64,000 nt of DNA from Candidatus Margulisiibacteriota bacterium (GTDB lineage: Bacteria; Margulisbacteria; Marinamargulisbacteria; JBFWNS01). This document shows positions 40,926 through 51,823 of this stretch, one piece after another. The first letter of the stretch is position 1. Each line of letters opens with the position of its first letter. Both the position numbers and the translations under genes were made by a program. The stretch covers positions 43,523 to 107,522 of the forward strand of contig JBFWNS010000005.1 in assembly GCA_050250935.1 (NCBI GenBank), written 5' to 3'. The notes under the pieces were generated by a model that did not search any database, was not told the DNA's origin, and saw only the letters and a list, made by a program, of their open reading frames with translations.

Positions 40926-41651
40926 TTAAATTGTTCCTGAATCCACAAAAATATTTTGACCGGTAATTGAAGCCGCTGCTTCAGAGAGTAAAAAGGCCGA
41001 GGTAGCTGCGACACTGGCTTTAGAAGTTTCTTTTTTGAGGGCGGTCCGACCGTAAATTTTATTGCGCTGCTCTTCGGAAAGGGTTTGGCTCATTTCTGTT
41101 TCCATAAAGCCAGCGACAATACAATTCGAGCGAATGCCGCGAATGCCCCATTCTCGGGCTGTGTTTTTGGAGAACGCTTCTAAAGCGCCTTTGGTGGCCG
41201 CATACATGGCCAGTCCTTTATACCCGGTGTGAACGCTAATGGACGAAATGTGAACAATAGATCCAGCCGTGCGGTGATAGAGCATATTACGAATCACTTG
41301 CTTGACCATCATCATAGGGGTAAAGACGTTGAGCTCGAACATGTGTTTAAGTGGATCGATATTCAAATTTGTAACGATATCATCATAGGCACTGGCGGCG
41401 TTGTTAATAAAACCGGCGATGGGGGTATCGAGGGTTAAATGGGTTTTGAATAGGCTGTCTTGAACACTTTCGGCTTTGCTAAGATCCAGCTCGATCAGGT
41501 GAAGGTGATCGGGGTAGGTGCGTTTAAGGGTTTCTAGGGCCGGCGGACAGCTTCGGCTGATGCCATAAACGGTGTGGCCGGTTTTAAGCAAATGATCCGC
41601 AATGGCTAGCCCCAGGCCTTTGGATACGCCAGAAACAACAATGTTTTTCAT
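40926..41651 (-). CDS. FabG-like SDR (3-oxoacyl-ACP reductase)
   Basis: SGVSKGLG, NNAA, YAATK and ITGQNIFVDSG. Confidence 0.88.
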   Translation of the reverse strand: MKNIVVSGVSKGLGLAIADHLLKTGHTVYGISRSCPPALETLKRTYPDHLHLIELDLSKAESVQDSLFKTHLTLDTPIAGFINNAASAYDDIVTNLNIDPLKHMFELNVFTPMMMVKQVIRNMLYHRTAGSIVHISSISVHTGYKGLAMYAATKGALEAFSKNTAREWGIRGIRSNCIVAGFMETEMSQTLSEEQRNKIYGRTALKKETSKASVAATSAFLLSEAAASITGQNIFVDSGTI

Positions 41652-42884
41652 TTAGGATCTCCTTATTTTACCGGTTCGGGTTGTGGATAGTGTCGGTATC
41701 TGTTGAATAAAGCGGGGGATTTTAAAGGGCTGTAAACGGTCTTTTAAAAAAAGGCGAATGGTTTTTTCTGACACTGGAACCGCGCTGACCACATCGCAAC
41801 ATAATACCGTTCCCAATACCGAATTGGGTTTTCCATAGACGTGGGCTGCCGTAATGTCGGGCAGGGCCAATAGGGCTTCTTCAACTTCAGTGGGGTTGAC
41901 TTTGTTGCCCCCAACATTAATCAAGTCGGTGTCGCGCCCCATAAATCGAAAAGTCAGTGGGGATTCGGTGATCACTTCGATGCGGTCCCCTGTTTTATAC
42001 CAGCCGTTTTGGGTGATGGCGGTTTCACTCTGTGCCAAGAGATCCTCGTGAACCCAGATTAAATTATCTTCGATTTTAATCAGGTGTTTCTGGTCGTCTT
42101 TTAACGAAAAAACGTCGCCATCAGCAGCCAGAATCGAGCCCAGTTCTGTCGAGGCATAAACGTTGGTCATTTTCGCGTTGGGAAAGACCTTTTTAAGGGC
42201 TGGCAGTAGACCTGCATCAAATTTTTCGCCCCCAAATGTCAGGCGTTGAACTTGGGGGAATTCCCGTTCGGTGGGCAGTAATAACCGAAAAAAAGTGGGG
42301 GTAGCCGACAGATGGGTAATGCCGTGTGTGTCCAGTAAGTTAAGAATATCTGCCGGGGCTTTTCCAAAAAGATTGACCAGGGGATTGCCGTTCAAAACCG
42401 CCTGTAAAAAAACCTGAATCCCTGCAATATGCGTGGGATTATAGGCCAATCCCCAGACATTGTTTGCAAACTTTGGTCCTTGCTTTATCCCTCGGGTTAA
42501 GGTGTTTAGGCTATGGGACACCCGCTTGGGAATGCCCGTGGTTCCCGAGGTAAATAAGCCCAATCGCCACTGCTTGGATTGGGACAGTTTTTGGATCAGC
42601 TCATCCACGCTTCCTAGGTTGGCTAGAGGTAGTAACGGTGTGGTGTGGTGGCGTTCTTCATCCGAAATTAAGGCCTTGATTTCAGCTTCAGAAAAGTCAC
42701 TGTCTAAAAGGGTGATGGGTTGGTCGTGTAGAAGGGAAACCAAAATGGCTTTAAACAACTCAGAAAGGCTTTTTTCTTGAACCGTTGTTTTGAACTGGGA
42801 ATGGGTCTTGCAAAGACTGTCTAGCAGTTCTGCATAGGTCATGTTGGTTTGGGGGGTATCAATCAGAAAATAAGCGTTTTTCAT
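41652..42884 (-). CDS. AMP-binding acyl-ACP/CoA ligase
   Basis: FTSGTTGIPK, YASTE, YKTGD, GRDTDLINVGGNKV and TRTGKI. Confidence 0.9.
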   Translation of the reverse strand: MKNAYFLIDTPQTNMTYAELLDSLCKTHSQFKTTVQEKSLSELFKAILVSLLHDQPITLLDSDFSEAEIKALISDEERHHTTPLLPLANLGSVDELIQKLSQSKQWRLGLFTSGTTGIPKRVSHSLNTLTRGIKQGPKFANNVWGLAYNPTHIAGIQVFLQAVLNGNPLVNLFGKAPADILNLLDTHGITHLSATPTFFRLLLPTEREFPQVQRLTFGGEKFDAGLLPALKKVFPNAKMTNVYASTELGSILAADGDVFSLKDDQKHLIKIEDNLIWVHEDLLAQSETAITQNGWYKTGDRIEVITESPLTFRFMGRDTDLINVGGNKVNPTEVEEALLALPDITAAHVYGKPNSVLGTVLCCDVVSAVPVSEKTIRLFLKDRLQPFKIPRFIQQIPTLSTTRTGKIRRS

Positions 42885-42899
42885 GCTTAAGTGAAGGGG

Positions 42900-43124
42900 T
42901 TAAAGCTTTCCTATAACTTCGCCCAGGGTCTGTACGATGGCATCGGCAAAAATATCCACAGAGAATTCTTTTTCCAGTTTAACCGTTAATTCAGCCAAGT
43001 CCAAAGAATCCAGGCCGATGTCTTCTTTAAGTTTTAAATCAGGAGAATAGGTGATTTGGGGCAGGTCTTTCATCTCTAAAATGTCATTGATAATGGCAAT
43101 GACGCGATCTTCGGTCGTACTCAT
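42900..43124 (-). CDS. acyl carrier protein (74 aa)
   Basis: Acidic protein with the GLDSLDLAEL phosphopantetheine site. GGAGA RBS before ATG 43124. Confidence 0.9.
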   Translation of the reverse strand: MSTTEDRVIAIINDILEMKDLPQITYSPDLKLKEDIGLDSLDLAELTVKLEKEFSVDIFADAIVQTLGEVIGKL

Positions 43125-43147
43125 AATAGGTCTCCAAGGGGTTTCAT

Positions 43148-44452
43148 TTAAATATCGATAACATGGTCTGCTTTGCAGTTTTTGGTGGCATTGCGGGTGT
43201 CGATGACCAATTTGGCGTTGGCAACGATCGTGGGAATCTCCAAATAGCGGTGGTGGGTGACAATGACCACACAATCCGCTTTGGATAGGGTTTCGGTTGT
43301 TAGGGGTACAGAGGTCAGCGTGGTGGTTTTAAGCTGAATCTGTTTGGCAAAATCGTCGTGATAGCTAACAGAGGCGCCAAGTTCTAGTAGATGTTCCATA
43401 ATTTCCAGGGCTGGAGATTCGCGAACATCATCGATGTTGGCTTTATAGGCGGCTCCCACAATTAAAACAGAGGCGCCATTAACGCTTTTTTTGTGATGGT
43501 TAAGGCCCAACATGGTTTTTTGAACCACATAGCGGGGCATGGATTCGTTGATTTCGCTGGCAAGGCCAATAAAGCGGGCTTCGTAGTTGAGGGTTTTGAG
43601 CTTCCAAGACAGATACAAGGGATCGATCGGAATGCAATGTCCCCCCAACCCAGGCCCTGGGAAAAAGGGCATAAACCCAAACGGCTTGGTGGCGGCGGCT
43701 TCAATCACTTCCCAGGCGTTGATGCCGAGTTTGTTGCACATCAGTACAATTTCGTTGGCCAAGCCAATGTTGACGGATCTGAAGGTGTTTTCCAGTAGCT
43801 TGACCATTTCAGCGGCTTTGGGCGAAGACACTTTAACAATGGTGTCGATGGCCAGGTTGTATACCGCTTCCCCAATGGCCGTGCATTCGGGGGTAATGCC
43901 GCCCAACACTTTGGGGGTGTTTTTGGTGTGATAGGTGGGGTTGCCTGGATCCACGCGTTCAGGGGAAAAGGCCAAATAAAAATCGGTACCGGCTTTAAGA
44001 CCGCTTTCTTCTAATAAAGGTAAAATGACCTCGTCGGTGGTGCCGGGATAGGTGGTGCTTTCTAAAACAATCAGTTGGCCTTTTTGCAGGTGGGCTTTAA
44101 TCGATTCAACGGCGCTGTGAATGTAGCTCATGTCTGGGTCTTTGGTTTTGCCCAAAGGGGTGGGCACGCAGATGCTGATGGCATTCATTTCGCGGAGTTC
44201 TTTAAAGTCGGTGGTGGCTGTAAACCGTTTGTTTGTTACCAGGCTAGAAACAGCGTCGCTGGGAACATCTTGAATGTAAGAAATCCCGGACTTTAGGGAC
44301 TCTATTTTTTTAGGATCGATGTCAAATCCAGTAACCAACGCACCGGCTTTGGCAAATTCCACGCACAAAGGAAGTCCAACATACCCCAACCCAATCACGC
44401 CAATGCGAAGGGTTTGAGAGTCAATTTTTTCCTTAAAAATAGACAGTGACAT
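43148..44452 (-). CDS. UDP-GlcNAc 6-dehydrogenase (WbpA-like)
   Basis: GLGYVGLP, CVPTP, ESTTYPGTT, KLLENTFRSVNI and GPGLGGHCIP. Confidence 0.92.
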   Translation of the reverse strand: MSLSIFKEKIDSQTLRIGVIGLGYVGLPLCVEFAKAGALVTGFDIDPKKIESLKSGISYIQDVPSDAVSSLVTNKRFTATTDFKELREMNAISICVPTPLGKTKDPDMSYIHSAVESIKAHLQKGQLIVLESTTYPGTTDEVILPLLEESGLKAGTDFYLAFSPERVDPGNPTYHTKNTPKVLGGITPECTAIGEAVYNLAIDTIVKVSSPKAAEMVKLLENTFRSVNIGLANEIVLMCNKLGINAWEVIEAAATKPFGFMPFFPGPGLGGHCIPIDPLYLSWKLKTLNYEARFIGLASEINESMPRYVVQKTMLGLNHHKKSVNGASVLIVGAAYKANIDDVRESPALEIMEHLLELGASVSYHDDFAKQIQLKTTTLTSVPLTTETLSKADCVVIVTHHRYLEIPTIVANAKLVIDTRNATKNCKADHVIDI

Positions 44453-44532
44453 AAATAAAAACCTTTAAAATGGGGTAAAAATAGACAATGATTTTATCTT
44501 AAACACCCACAATTTGCCATATCGGGCAACCC

Positions 44533-45408
44533 TTATCGTGTTTCTTGGGCAATTCGAATCAAATATTGACCGTAGTCATTTTTTTGAAGGGGTTCGCCCA
44601 AGCTCAGCAATTGTGCTTTGGAAATGTAACCTTTTCTAAAGGCAATTTCTTCTGGACAAGCAATTTTAAGGCTTTGGCGTTTCTCGACCGTTTCCACGAA
44701 TTGAGAGGCTTCCAGCAAGCTGTTGTGGGTTCCGGTATCCAACCAGGCAAATCCGCGTCCAAATTGCTGAACTGTAAGGGTGTTCTCGATCAAATACAGG
44801 TGATTAATATCCGTTATTTCGAGTTCTCCACGTTTGGACGGGTGAATGTGTTTGGCTTTTTTGACCACGGAGTTGTCGTAAAAATAGAGACCTGTAACGG
44901 CATAGTCTGATTTTGGTTTTTTGGGTTTTTCTTCAATGGAAATGGCTTTGTTTTGGTCGTTAAACTCAATCACCCCAAACCGTTCTGGGTCTGGAACACG
45001 ATAGGCAAACAGGGTGGCCCCTTGGTTTTTTGTGGCGGCTTCTTGCAACATGGTGGAGAACCCTTGTCCATAAAAAATGTTATCGCCTAAAATAAGGGTA
45101 ACCGGGTCTTGCCCGATAAAGGTTTCGGCCACCAAAAACGCCTGGGCAATGCCTTCTGGCTTTTCTTGAACCGCATAACTGAGCTGCAGCCCCCATTGGG
45201 AGCCATCGCCCAAAAGGTCTTCAAATCGGCTGATATCCTGTGGGGTAGAGATGATTAAAATCTCGCGAATATTGGCCAACATTAATACCGACAAGGGGTA
45301 GTAAATCATGGGCTTGTCGTATACAGGCAGCAATTGTTTGGATATGGCTTTGGTGACAGGGTAAAGACGTGTCCCGCTTCCGCCGGCTAAAATAATACCT
45401 TTTCTCAT
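44533..45408 (-). CDS. rfbA: glucose-1-phosphate thymidylyltransferase
   Basis: [32 protein letters not shown] and WLDTGT. Confidence 0.97.
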   Translation of the reverse strand: MRKGIILAGGSGTRLYPVTKAISKQLLPVYDKPMIYYPLSVLMLANIREILIISTPQDISRFEDLLGDGSQWGLQLSYAVQEKPEGIAQAFLVAETFIGQDPVTLILGDNIFYGQGFSTMLQEAATKNQGATLFAYRVPDPERFGVIEFNDQNKAISIEEKPKKPKSDYAVTGLYFYDNSVVKKAKHIHPSKRGELEITDINHLYLIENTLTVQQFGRGFAWLDTGTHNSLLEASQFVETVEKRQSLKIACPEEIAFRKGYISKAQLLSLGEPLQKNDYGQYLIRIAQETR

Positions 45409-45542
45409 GGCTCTAGTTTATAGCGAGTGGGTTCTACTCGTAAATACAAGAAAGGTCCTGGTTCAAACCCTTGTCTGGATCCTCTTGGAGGATGGTAGGG
45501 TAAACGGTATTATCGGGCTAAATAAACTATTGGAGAAATCAC

Positions 45543-46448
45543 ATGATGAATACCAATTCTTTTCCTCAAGTCGATGTCTGTGTGGTTGCCTATAATCAGG
45601 CCCCGCTGATTGAATCTTCGATTCAGTCTATTTTGGATCAGGATTACCCCAATTTTCGAATCATTGTTTCAGATGATGATTCTCAGGATGAAACGCCCGC
45701 TGTTTTAAAGCGCTTGGCCGAGCTTCATCCCGATAAAATTAAACTGAATTTCAACCCTAAAAATCTGGGTATCACGGGCAATTCAAGTTATGTCTTAAGC
45801 CTTGCGACAGCCAACTATGTTGCCTTGCTCGCCGGGGACGATCTGATGAGAAAAGACCGTCTTTCAAAGCAAGTTCACCGTTTGCAACAGCATCCCCAAG
45901 CTGCAGGCTGCATGAGCAGTGTCCTCGTAGAAGATGTGACAACCCAAGAATCGCATGTTGGCCATTTTCCAGATTTTGCATCCGAGGATTTTTTGAAAAT
46001 TCTGACCACCTACAATCAAGTCCCCTCTTCTACACTCATGCTTAATCGAACCCAGTGTGGGGATATCCACTATGATCCCAGAACCCCGATTGTGAGTGAT
46101 TGGTTATTTGTAAATGAGATTGCGTTTAAGGGCATGGTCTATGTTGATGAGCCTTTAACCATATACCGCAGACATGCTTCCAATACGACACTACATGGTG
46201 CTGATAAAACCTATCTCGATGATCGCTTAATCGCGGTTGATATCTTATTTTCAAAACTTCAGCGGCATTATTGGAAATTCCGATATGCGCGTTCCAATGT
46301 GTATCTTGGTGTTGCAAATCGGTATTGGCTGACTGGCAAAAAGCGGCAAGGCTTATGGTTTATTGTCTATGCGCTTTTGGAATATCCCTGTAATAAAAAT
46401 GTTTATGAGTCCTTTTTGAAGGTGATTCAAAAGCGGTTTCGTGGATAA
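45543..46448 (+). CDS. GT2 glycosyltransferase
   Basis: AYNQ, SDDDSQD, LAGDD, SDW and YRRH. GGAGA RBS. Confidence 0.9.
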   Translation: MMNTNSFPQVDVCVVAYNQAPLIESSIQSILDQDYPNFRIIVSDDDSQDETPAVLKRLAELHPDKIKLNFNPKNLGITGNSSYVLSLATANYVALLAGDDLMRKDRLSKQVHRLQQHPQAAGCMSSVLVEDVTTQESHVGHFPDFASEDFLKILTTYNQVPSSTLMLNRTQCGDIHYDPRTPIVSDWLFVNEIAFKGMVYVDEPLTIYRRHASNTTLHGADKTYLDDRLIAVDILFSKLQRHYWKFRYARSNVYLGVANRYWLTGKKRQGLWFIVYALLEYPCNKNVYESFLKVIQKRFRG

Positions 46449-46467
46449 CTTTGGGTTTTAGATAAAG

Positions 46468-47394
46468 CTAGAGGTCTAGTTGATAAAAATCGTGCACAAT
46501 GGCACGGCCTCCGAAGCCTTCTTTTTGTTCAACCAGTCCTTGATTAAGCATTTTTCCTTGTTCGGTTGTTGAAATGCCGAAATCGAAATGGTTTTTTGTG
46601 CAGGTTGTGATGAGGTGATCAAAAATCGCATCCAAAGCCCCCAATTCTCGGCCTTGGGGGCTGCTGGCAATATACTGGGCATGCGCAACTGTATTGGTTT
46701 CAAATACAACAACTCCAGCCACCGTTTCTTCCTCTTTTTTTGCACAGACCAGTCGAATGTTTTGGGGGAATCTGCTGTGAAGCAGGGTGATTTCTTGAAG
46801 GGTGTGAACAGGTTTTGTGTCGTGGCGTTCGAGCGCGTCGCTTAGGATTCTCCAGAAAGAATCGAACGGTGTTTCTTCCAAGATATGAATATGGTTTTGA
46901 GTTGCTTTTTTAATGCCCCTTCGTCTGCGTTCTTGATAGGGCAGTCTACGATGGATATCCACGGTTGTAGATAGATCTCTTCGAATCAGCCGCGCGCCAG
47001 CTAGGGTGAGTGCATACAGATCTTCTTGGGAAGGAAGTTGGTGGTAAATAGAGGGCATGGCTTTGTACAGCAGGTGTTTGAAGCCATAGGCTTGGCCATG
47101 GAGTTTGAGTGCTTCAATGATGCCGCAGGCCATCGCCGCTGTGACTTTTGAGCTCATCAGGAGGCCTCCAAAGGACAGTCCTTGATGCGAATAAAGGCCG
47201 TGGTCTTGTTCGTTGGCAGGGAAAAGGGCAACCAACTCGTCCCGATGGTACACCAATAGAGAATGATCGTTGAATCGATCCGAATGGTAATCCATATACG
47301 CTCGATTAAAGAAAAAATGTGGGTTTTTAACGGTGGTTAAAAAGTCATCCCAAAGGTTTTTCTGATCGGGTTGGTAACGAATAAGCTTAATCAT
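46468..47394 (-). CDS. GNAT/FemAB-like acyltransferase
   Basis: YMDYHSDRF, SHQGLSFGG, HAQYIA and FDFGIST...GLVEQKEGFGG. Confidence 0.75.
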   Translation of the reverse strand: MIKLIRYQPDQKNLWDDFLTTVKNPHFFFNRAYMDYHSDRFNDHSLLVYHRDELVALFPANEQDHGLYSHQGLSFGGLLMSSKVTAAMACGIIEALKLHGQAYGFKHLLYKAMPSIYHQLPSQEDLYALTLAGARLIRRDLSTTVDIHRRLPYQERRRRGIKKATQNHIHILEETPFDSFWRILSDALERHDTKPVHTLQEITLLHSRFPQNIRLVCAKKEEETVAGVVVFETNTVAHAQYIASSPQGRELGALDAIFDHLITTCTKNHFDFGISTTEQGKMLNQGLVEQKEGFGGRAIVHDFYQLDL

Positions 47395-48307
47395 CTGGGC
47401 ACAGCTCCGCGTAACCTACCCCTGTTTTTCCGTACTGATTGCCATTGTAAAATAAATAGTGTTTGTTTTTGTGGGAAAACGGAATCCCGTAGCAGATCAT
47501 GTCCGAGTCCCACCCAGAAGCCGAGGTCTCTACGCCAAATTCAGTTGGGCTTTTTGTCCAGTGAATGCCATCTTTGGATTCTGCTTGCCCTAAACGGTAA
47601 TTTTTTGAAAAGTAGCGAATGGAATACACCATTTTGTAGGTGTTGTTCGGTTCTTTTGTGACATAAGGCCTGCCAAATCCGTGAATATCCTCATCTGTGT
47701 CGATGCATAAAACACCGGTTTCTCCCCAGTGAATGCCGTCGGAAGATTCCAAATAGTTGATTTTATAGATTGGCAATGGTTTGCCCTGGTAAGACGTCCA
47801 TTCATTTCCGCCCAGGTACCACATCTTCCAGACATTGTTTTCTTTGAGTACAAAGGGGGCGGTACGAATGTATTTTTCTTGGGGGCTTCGATCCAAAATA
47901 GGCGTTTCTTGGTATTTTTGAAAAGACTGGCCGTTGTCTTGGCTGATGGCGAGTCCGGAGAATAAATAGTAGGGCCTTTTTACACCCAATTGGAACCCGA
48001 CATAATACAAGTAAAGCTGGTTATCCTGCGAAACAATCGAAATGGGGACCACGCCATTCTCGTCAAAGGTGCCGTCCTCGCCAATATCGAGCAGGGGGGT
48101 TGGGCTGACAGCCAGTACTTCGGAAGGATTTTCGGGGTTTACATCGACATAGCCAATTCTGCTGCGATTTTGAACATCAGCAAAGGCAACATAGAGTCTT
48201 AGAACTTGGTCAGAGAGCAGATGGGGAACTGGTAAAGAGGCGCCGGTAGCGGCCCAATTCGATTCTCCTTTGGCGCAGTATATTAGTCCTTTTTTTTGCC
48301 ATTTCAT
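47387..48307 (-). CDS. five-bladed beta-propeller, glycoside hydrolase-like
   Basis: Repeated Asp-box-like motifs (SQDNGQSF, SSDGIHW, SKDGIHW), GTFDENGV and YNGNQYGKTG. Confidence 0.7.
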   Translation of the reverse strand: MKWQKKGLIYCAKGESNWAATGASLPVPHLLSDQVLRLYVAFADVQNRSRIGYVDVNPENPSEVLAVSPTPLLDIGEDGTFDENGVVPISIVSQDNQLYLYYVGFQLGVKRPYYLFSGLAISQDNGQSFQKYQETPILDRSPQEKYIRTAPFVLKENNVWKMWYLGGNEWTSYQGKPLPIYKINYLESSDGIHWGETGVLCIDTDEDIHGFGRPYVTKEPNNTYKMVYSIRYFSKNYRLGQAESKDGIHWTKSPTEFGVETSASGWDSDMICYGIPFSHKNKHYLFYNGNQYGKTGVGYAELCPDD

Positions 48308-48312
48308 GGGGA

Positions 48313-48978
48313 TTAGACGTTAAACTTTTGGGTGGCCGATACGGCGGCTGCTTGGCCGGGGATGCCCTTATAAATCTTGTTCGGTTCCGTGTTTTTATGA
48401 ATAGCCGTTCCCATTGCAATAAAATTATCTTGGGCAATGGCGACTTCATCGGCCACCGCAGTATTCACCCCCATAAAAGTGAACGCCCCTATTTTACAAA
48501 AACCTGATATCACAACGTGTGATGAAATAAAACAATGGTCTTCGATGAGGGTCTGATGACCGATGTGATTCCCGCTCCACAAAATGACATTGTTTCCAAT
48601 TTTGACAAAAGGTTGCAGCGTATTGTGTTCAAAGACAAAGCAATTTTCGCCCAATTCGACATTGTGCCATTTAAACGCTCGCGAGCTCACATAGGATGCG
48701 CAGGTGTAGCCCCAAGATTTTACAAGGTCAAATAACCGGGCTCGAACACGGTTCAGTTTTACGAAGGAAACCGCCACGAAGATGTGATAATCGGAGGGCG
48801 AAAATTGGCTGGAAAGTGTTTCTAAATCCAAGAGGGGTTTATCGAGAAAGGAATCCCCTTTTTTAAAGTCGGCTTCTACGGCAAAAGCAACCACTTCGTA
48901 CTGGGAATCATGGGTGAAGTACTCATAGGCAATCATCGCAAATTCACCCGCGCCTACAATGATCAATTGTGTTGACAT
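48313..48978 (-). CDS. NeuD/PglD-family acetyltransferase
   Basis: Rossmann-like N-terminus (IVGAGEFA) and hexapeptide repeats with HIGH. Confidence 0.87.
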   Translation of the reverse strand: MSTQLIIVGAGEFAMIAYEYFTHDSQYEVVAFAVEADFKKGDSFLDKPLLDLETLSSQFSPSDYHIFVAVSFVKLNRVRARLFDLVKSWGYTCASYVSSRAFKWHNVELGENCFVFEHNTLQPFVKIGNNVILWSGNHIGHQTLIEDHCFISSHVVISGFCKIGAFTFMGVNTAVADEVAIAQDNFIAMGTAIHKNTEPNKIYKGIPGQAAAVSATQKFNV

Positions 48979-49054
48979 AATTTGAAGTTAAGATCATGGG
49001 TCTGATTTGTCAAATTTGATTTATTCGAGGCTTTTGTATACCTTTGGTCTATTC

Positions 49055-50146
49055 ATGCCTCTTATTCCTTTTTTAGATTTAAAAGCCCCCTATGTTGAGT
49101 GCAAAGCTGATTTTGATGCGGCTTACCAGCGAGTCATGCATTCTGGACACTATGTGTTGGGGCCGGAACTCGAGGCCTTTGAAGCCGAGTTTGCGGCCTA
49201 TTGTGGGGTTTCCTACGCCGTTGGTGTAGGCAATGGCTTGGAAGCGCTGGAGCTGTTGCTGACAGCTTATGGCATTGGGCCTGGTGACGAGGTGATTGTT
49301 CCTTCAAATACCTACATTGCAACCTGGCTGGCGGTCAGTAGCCGAGGCGCTGTACCCGTTCCGGTAGAACCTGGGCCGGATTATAACCTTGATCCAACCC
49401 GAATTGTTGGCGCAATTACGGCCAAAACCAAAGCAATTATCCCCGTGCATTTGTATGGTTTGCCGGCCGATATGGAGGCCATTATGGCCATTGCCAAAAA
49501 GCATGATTTGATTGTGATTGAAGATGCGGCTCAGGCGCATGGGGCGCTGTATAAAGGGCGAAAAACAGGGTCCTTGGGACACGCCGCTGGGTTTAGTTTT
49601 TACCCTGGTAAAAATTTGGGGGCATTTGGGGATGCTGGCGCCATCACAACCCAGGATTCGGCTATTGCGGCTAAGGTTAAGCTCCTGCGCAATTACGGGT
49701 CTCAAACAAAATATTACAACGAGGTTCAAGGTGTGAATGCCAGATTGGATGAACTTCAAGCAGCCTTTTTGCGGGTGAAGTTGGCTCGTCTCGATGCATG
49801 GAATGGCCGCAGAAAAAGAATGGCGCAGATCTATCAAGAACAGCTTGCCAATGCGCCGTTGGTCTTGCCGAAACATCAGGCTTGGGCCGAATCGGCCTGG
49901 CATTTGTTTGTGATTCAAGTGGACAATCGAGACCAGGTTCAGGATCGTTTGGCAGCGCGTGGCATTCAAACCCTGGTTCATTATCCAGTTCCGCCTCATC
50001 ATCAACGGGCTTATCCCGAGTTTGCGTCTTGGTCTTTGCCTCTTTCAGAGGCACTACACCGGCGGGTGCTAAGTTTGCCCATGGGCCCTCATGTGTCGCC
50101 TGAAAATGTCACTCAGGTTGCCCAGGTGTTGACCGAGGTTTTATGA
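49055..50146 (+). CDS. dTDP-3-amino-3,6-dideoxyhexose transaminase (FdtB/QdtB-like)
   Basis: [38 protein letters not shown] and [10 protein letters not shown]. Confidence 0.9.
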   Translation: MPLIPFLDLKAPYVECKADFDAAYQRVMHSGHYVLGPELEAFEAEFAAYCGVSYAVGVGNGLEALELLLTAYGIGPGDEVIVPSNTYIATWLAVSSRGAVPVPVEPGPDYNLDPTRIVGAITAKTKAIIPVHLYGLPADMEAIMAIAKKHDLIVIEDAAQAHGALYKGRKTGSLGHAAGFSFYPGKNLGAFGDAGAITTQDSAIAAKVKLLRNYGSQTKYYNEVQGVNARLDELQAAFLRVKLARLDAWNGRRKRMAQIYQEQLANAPLVLPKHQAWAESAWHLFVIQVDNRDQVQDRLAARGIQTLVHYPVPPHHQRAYPEFASWSLPLSEALHRRVLSLPMGPHVSPENVTQVAQVLTEVL

Positions 50147-51390
50147 ACTTTTGGAAAACCTCGTTTTGGGCTGTTTTGGCAGCAATGGCTCGATTGGCTG
50201 CTCAGTTTGTGGTGGCCAAATTAATTGCGGTGTTTGGTACGCCGGCCACCTTTGGGATTATCGGGCAATTTCAGTCGTTTGTGAGTTTGGTTCAGGTTGG
50301 CGCTGGCGGGGTCATTTGTAGTGGCATTACCAAATATGCTGCTGAATACCATGCCGAACCGGAGCGTTTAACAGAACTGTCTCGAACCGCTTTCAAATTT
50401 GGACTCTATGCTTCTGGAGCGGTGGGGCTGGTGATTGTGGTGTTCGCTAAACCGTTGTCTATGTGGGTATTTCAGTCGGACCAGTATTGGCTGGTGTTGG
50501 CCGTGTTTGGGCTGACCGTGTTTGGCTATACCCTGAACCAAATGGTGTTGTCGCTTCTAAATGGCCTGAATGAGATGAAAAAATATGCCTCTTTGGCCTT
50601 GGTTGGGGCGGTTTTATCTGTGGTATTGATTGCAACATTTGGCTATGTTTACTCTACAAAAGGGGTGTTGCTGGCTTTTAGTTTGTCCCAGCTAATATTG
50701 TTGGGTGTTGCGATTTTCTTTATGAGGCGATTGTCTTTTTCGGCCCGATTTTGGCGGCAACCTTTGAATGCCCCTTTGCTTAAAAAGCTTTTAATTTTCT
50801 CGTTGATGAGTTTGGCTTCAATTCTTGCTGCCCCTTCGGCTCAGCTGTTGTTACGCAATTATGTGGCGACTTATAGCTCTTGGGAAGTGGTTGGATATTG
50901 GCAGGCAATGACCCGCATTTCAGATGGGTATTTGATGTTGATTACTATGGTGATTTCAACCTATGCCCTGCCCCAATATGCCCGGATTTCGGACAAACAG
51001 GTTTTGTGCGCCGAGGTTCTCTATTTACTCAAACGGTTGGTGCCGATTGTAGCTGTGTGCGCAGTGTTGATTTTTTTAGTTCGAAAGTGGGTAATTTTAA
51101 CCTTGTTTTCGGCTCAATTTTTAACCATTCAAAATCTCTTTTTATTTCAACTATTGGGGGATGTATTTAAAATTGCCAGCTGGGTGATTGCCAATGTATT
51201 GGTTGCTCACGCTCAAATTAAAACGTTTATTGTGTTGGAATTGTCTGGGATTTTAAGTTTTATGGCATTGAGTATGGTGTTTTTTCGATACTTTGGGTTG
51301 CCAGGGTTGCCAATGGCCTTTTGTTTGAACTATTTCTGTTTTTTTTCGGTCACGGCAATTTGGTTTTGGTTTTATGTAAAAAAAGGCTAA
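50143..51390 (+). CDS. wzx: Wzx O-antigen translocase (WzxE/WzxB-like)
   Basis: KLIAVFG...[21 protein letters not shown] and [12 protein letters not shown], with about 12 TM helices. Confidence 0.88.
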   Translation: MNFWKTSFWAVLAAMARLAAQFVVAKLIAVFGTPATFGIIGQFQSFVSLVQVGAGGVICSGITKYAAEYHAEPERLTELSRTAFKFGLYASGAVGLVIVVFAKPLSMWVFQSDQYWLVLAVFGLTVFGYTLNQMVLSLLNGLNEMKKYASLALVGAVLSVVLIATFGYVYSTKGVLLAFSLSQLILLGVAIFFMRRLSFSARFWRQPLNAPLLKKLLIFSLMSLASILAAPSAQLLLRNYVATYSSWEVVGYWQAMTRISDGYLMLITMVISTYALPQYARISDKQVLCAEVLYLLKRLVPIVAVCAVLIFLVRKWVILTLFSAQFLTIQNLFLFQLLGDVFKIASWVIANVLVAHAQIKTFIVLELSGILSFMALSMVFFRYFGLPGLPMAFCLNYFCFFSVTAIWFWFYVKKG

Positions 51391-51812
51391 CTTGGGTGCT
51401 TTGAGGTGCACACAATCCCTTTGAATGCGAGAAAGGTGTCATAATCGCGAATGTAGTCTTCTTCGATATAGGGTTGGGAGGCCAAGACCATCAAAATACA
51501 GTCTGGGCTGAAGTGGTGCATTTCTCGCCATATTCCTGGGGTAATCAGAAGGCCTACATAGGGTTGGTTTAATTCAAAAGATCCTTTTTGGGTGCCATCG
51601 TCCAACAAAAATTGACAAGAGCCCTTTAAGCAGACTACTAGTTGTTGAAGCTTTTTGTGGGCATGAAATCCTCGGCTGATTCCTTGTTGCGTGTTAAAAA
51701 TGGTATAGACCCGTTTAATATCGAAAGGGACCGTATCGGACTCTAAAGCTATTAACTGGCCACTGTCGTCGCCATGAAGCGGTAGATGAATCAGGCGTCC
51801 AAGTTGTTGCAT
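51387..51812 (-). CDS. FdtA/QdtA cupin sugar 3,4-ketoisomerase
   Basis: PFDIKRVY, RGFHAHK, WREMHHFS and YIRDY. Confidence 0.93.
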   Translation of the reverse strand: MQQLGRLIHLPLHGDDSGQLIALESDTVPFDIKRVYTIFNTQQGISRGFHAHKKLQQLVVCLKGSCQFLLDDGTQKGSFELNQPYVGLLITPGIWREMHHFSPDCILMVLASQPYIEEDYIRDYDTFLAFKGIVCTSKHPS

Positions 51813-51823
51813 GGGGCCCCTTT

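Noticed and set aside
48979..48990. Ninth leaderless candidate, TAACTT-caaatt-ATG (48978)
   Set aside because: Weak -10 match in AT-rich sequence with T rather than C at -1, so it was not counted.
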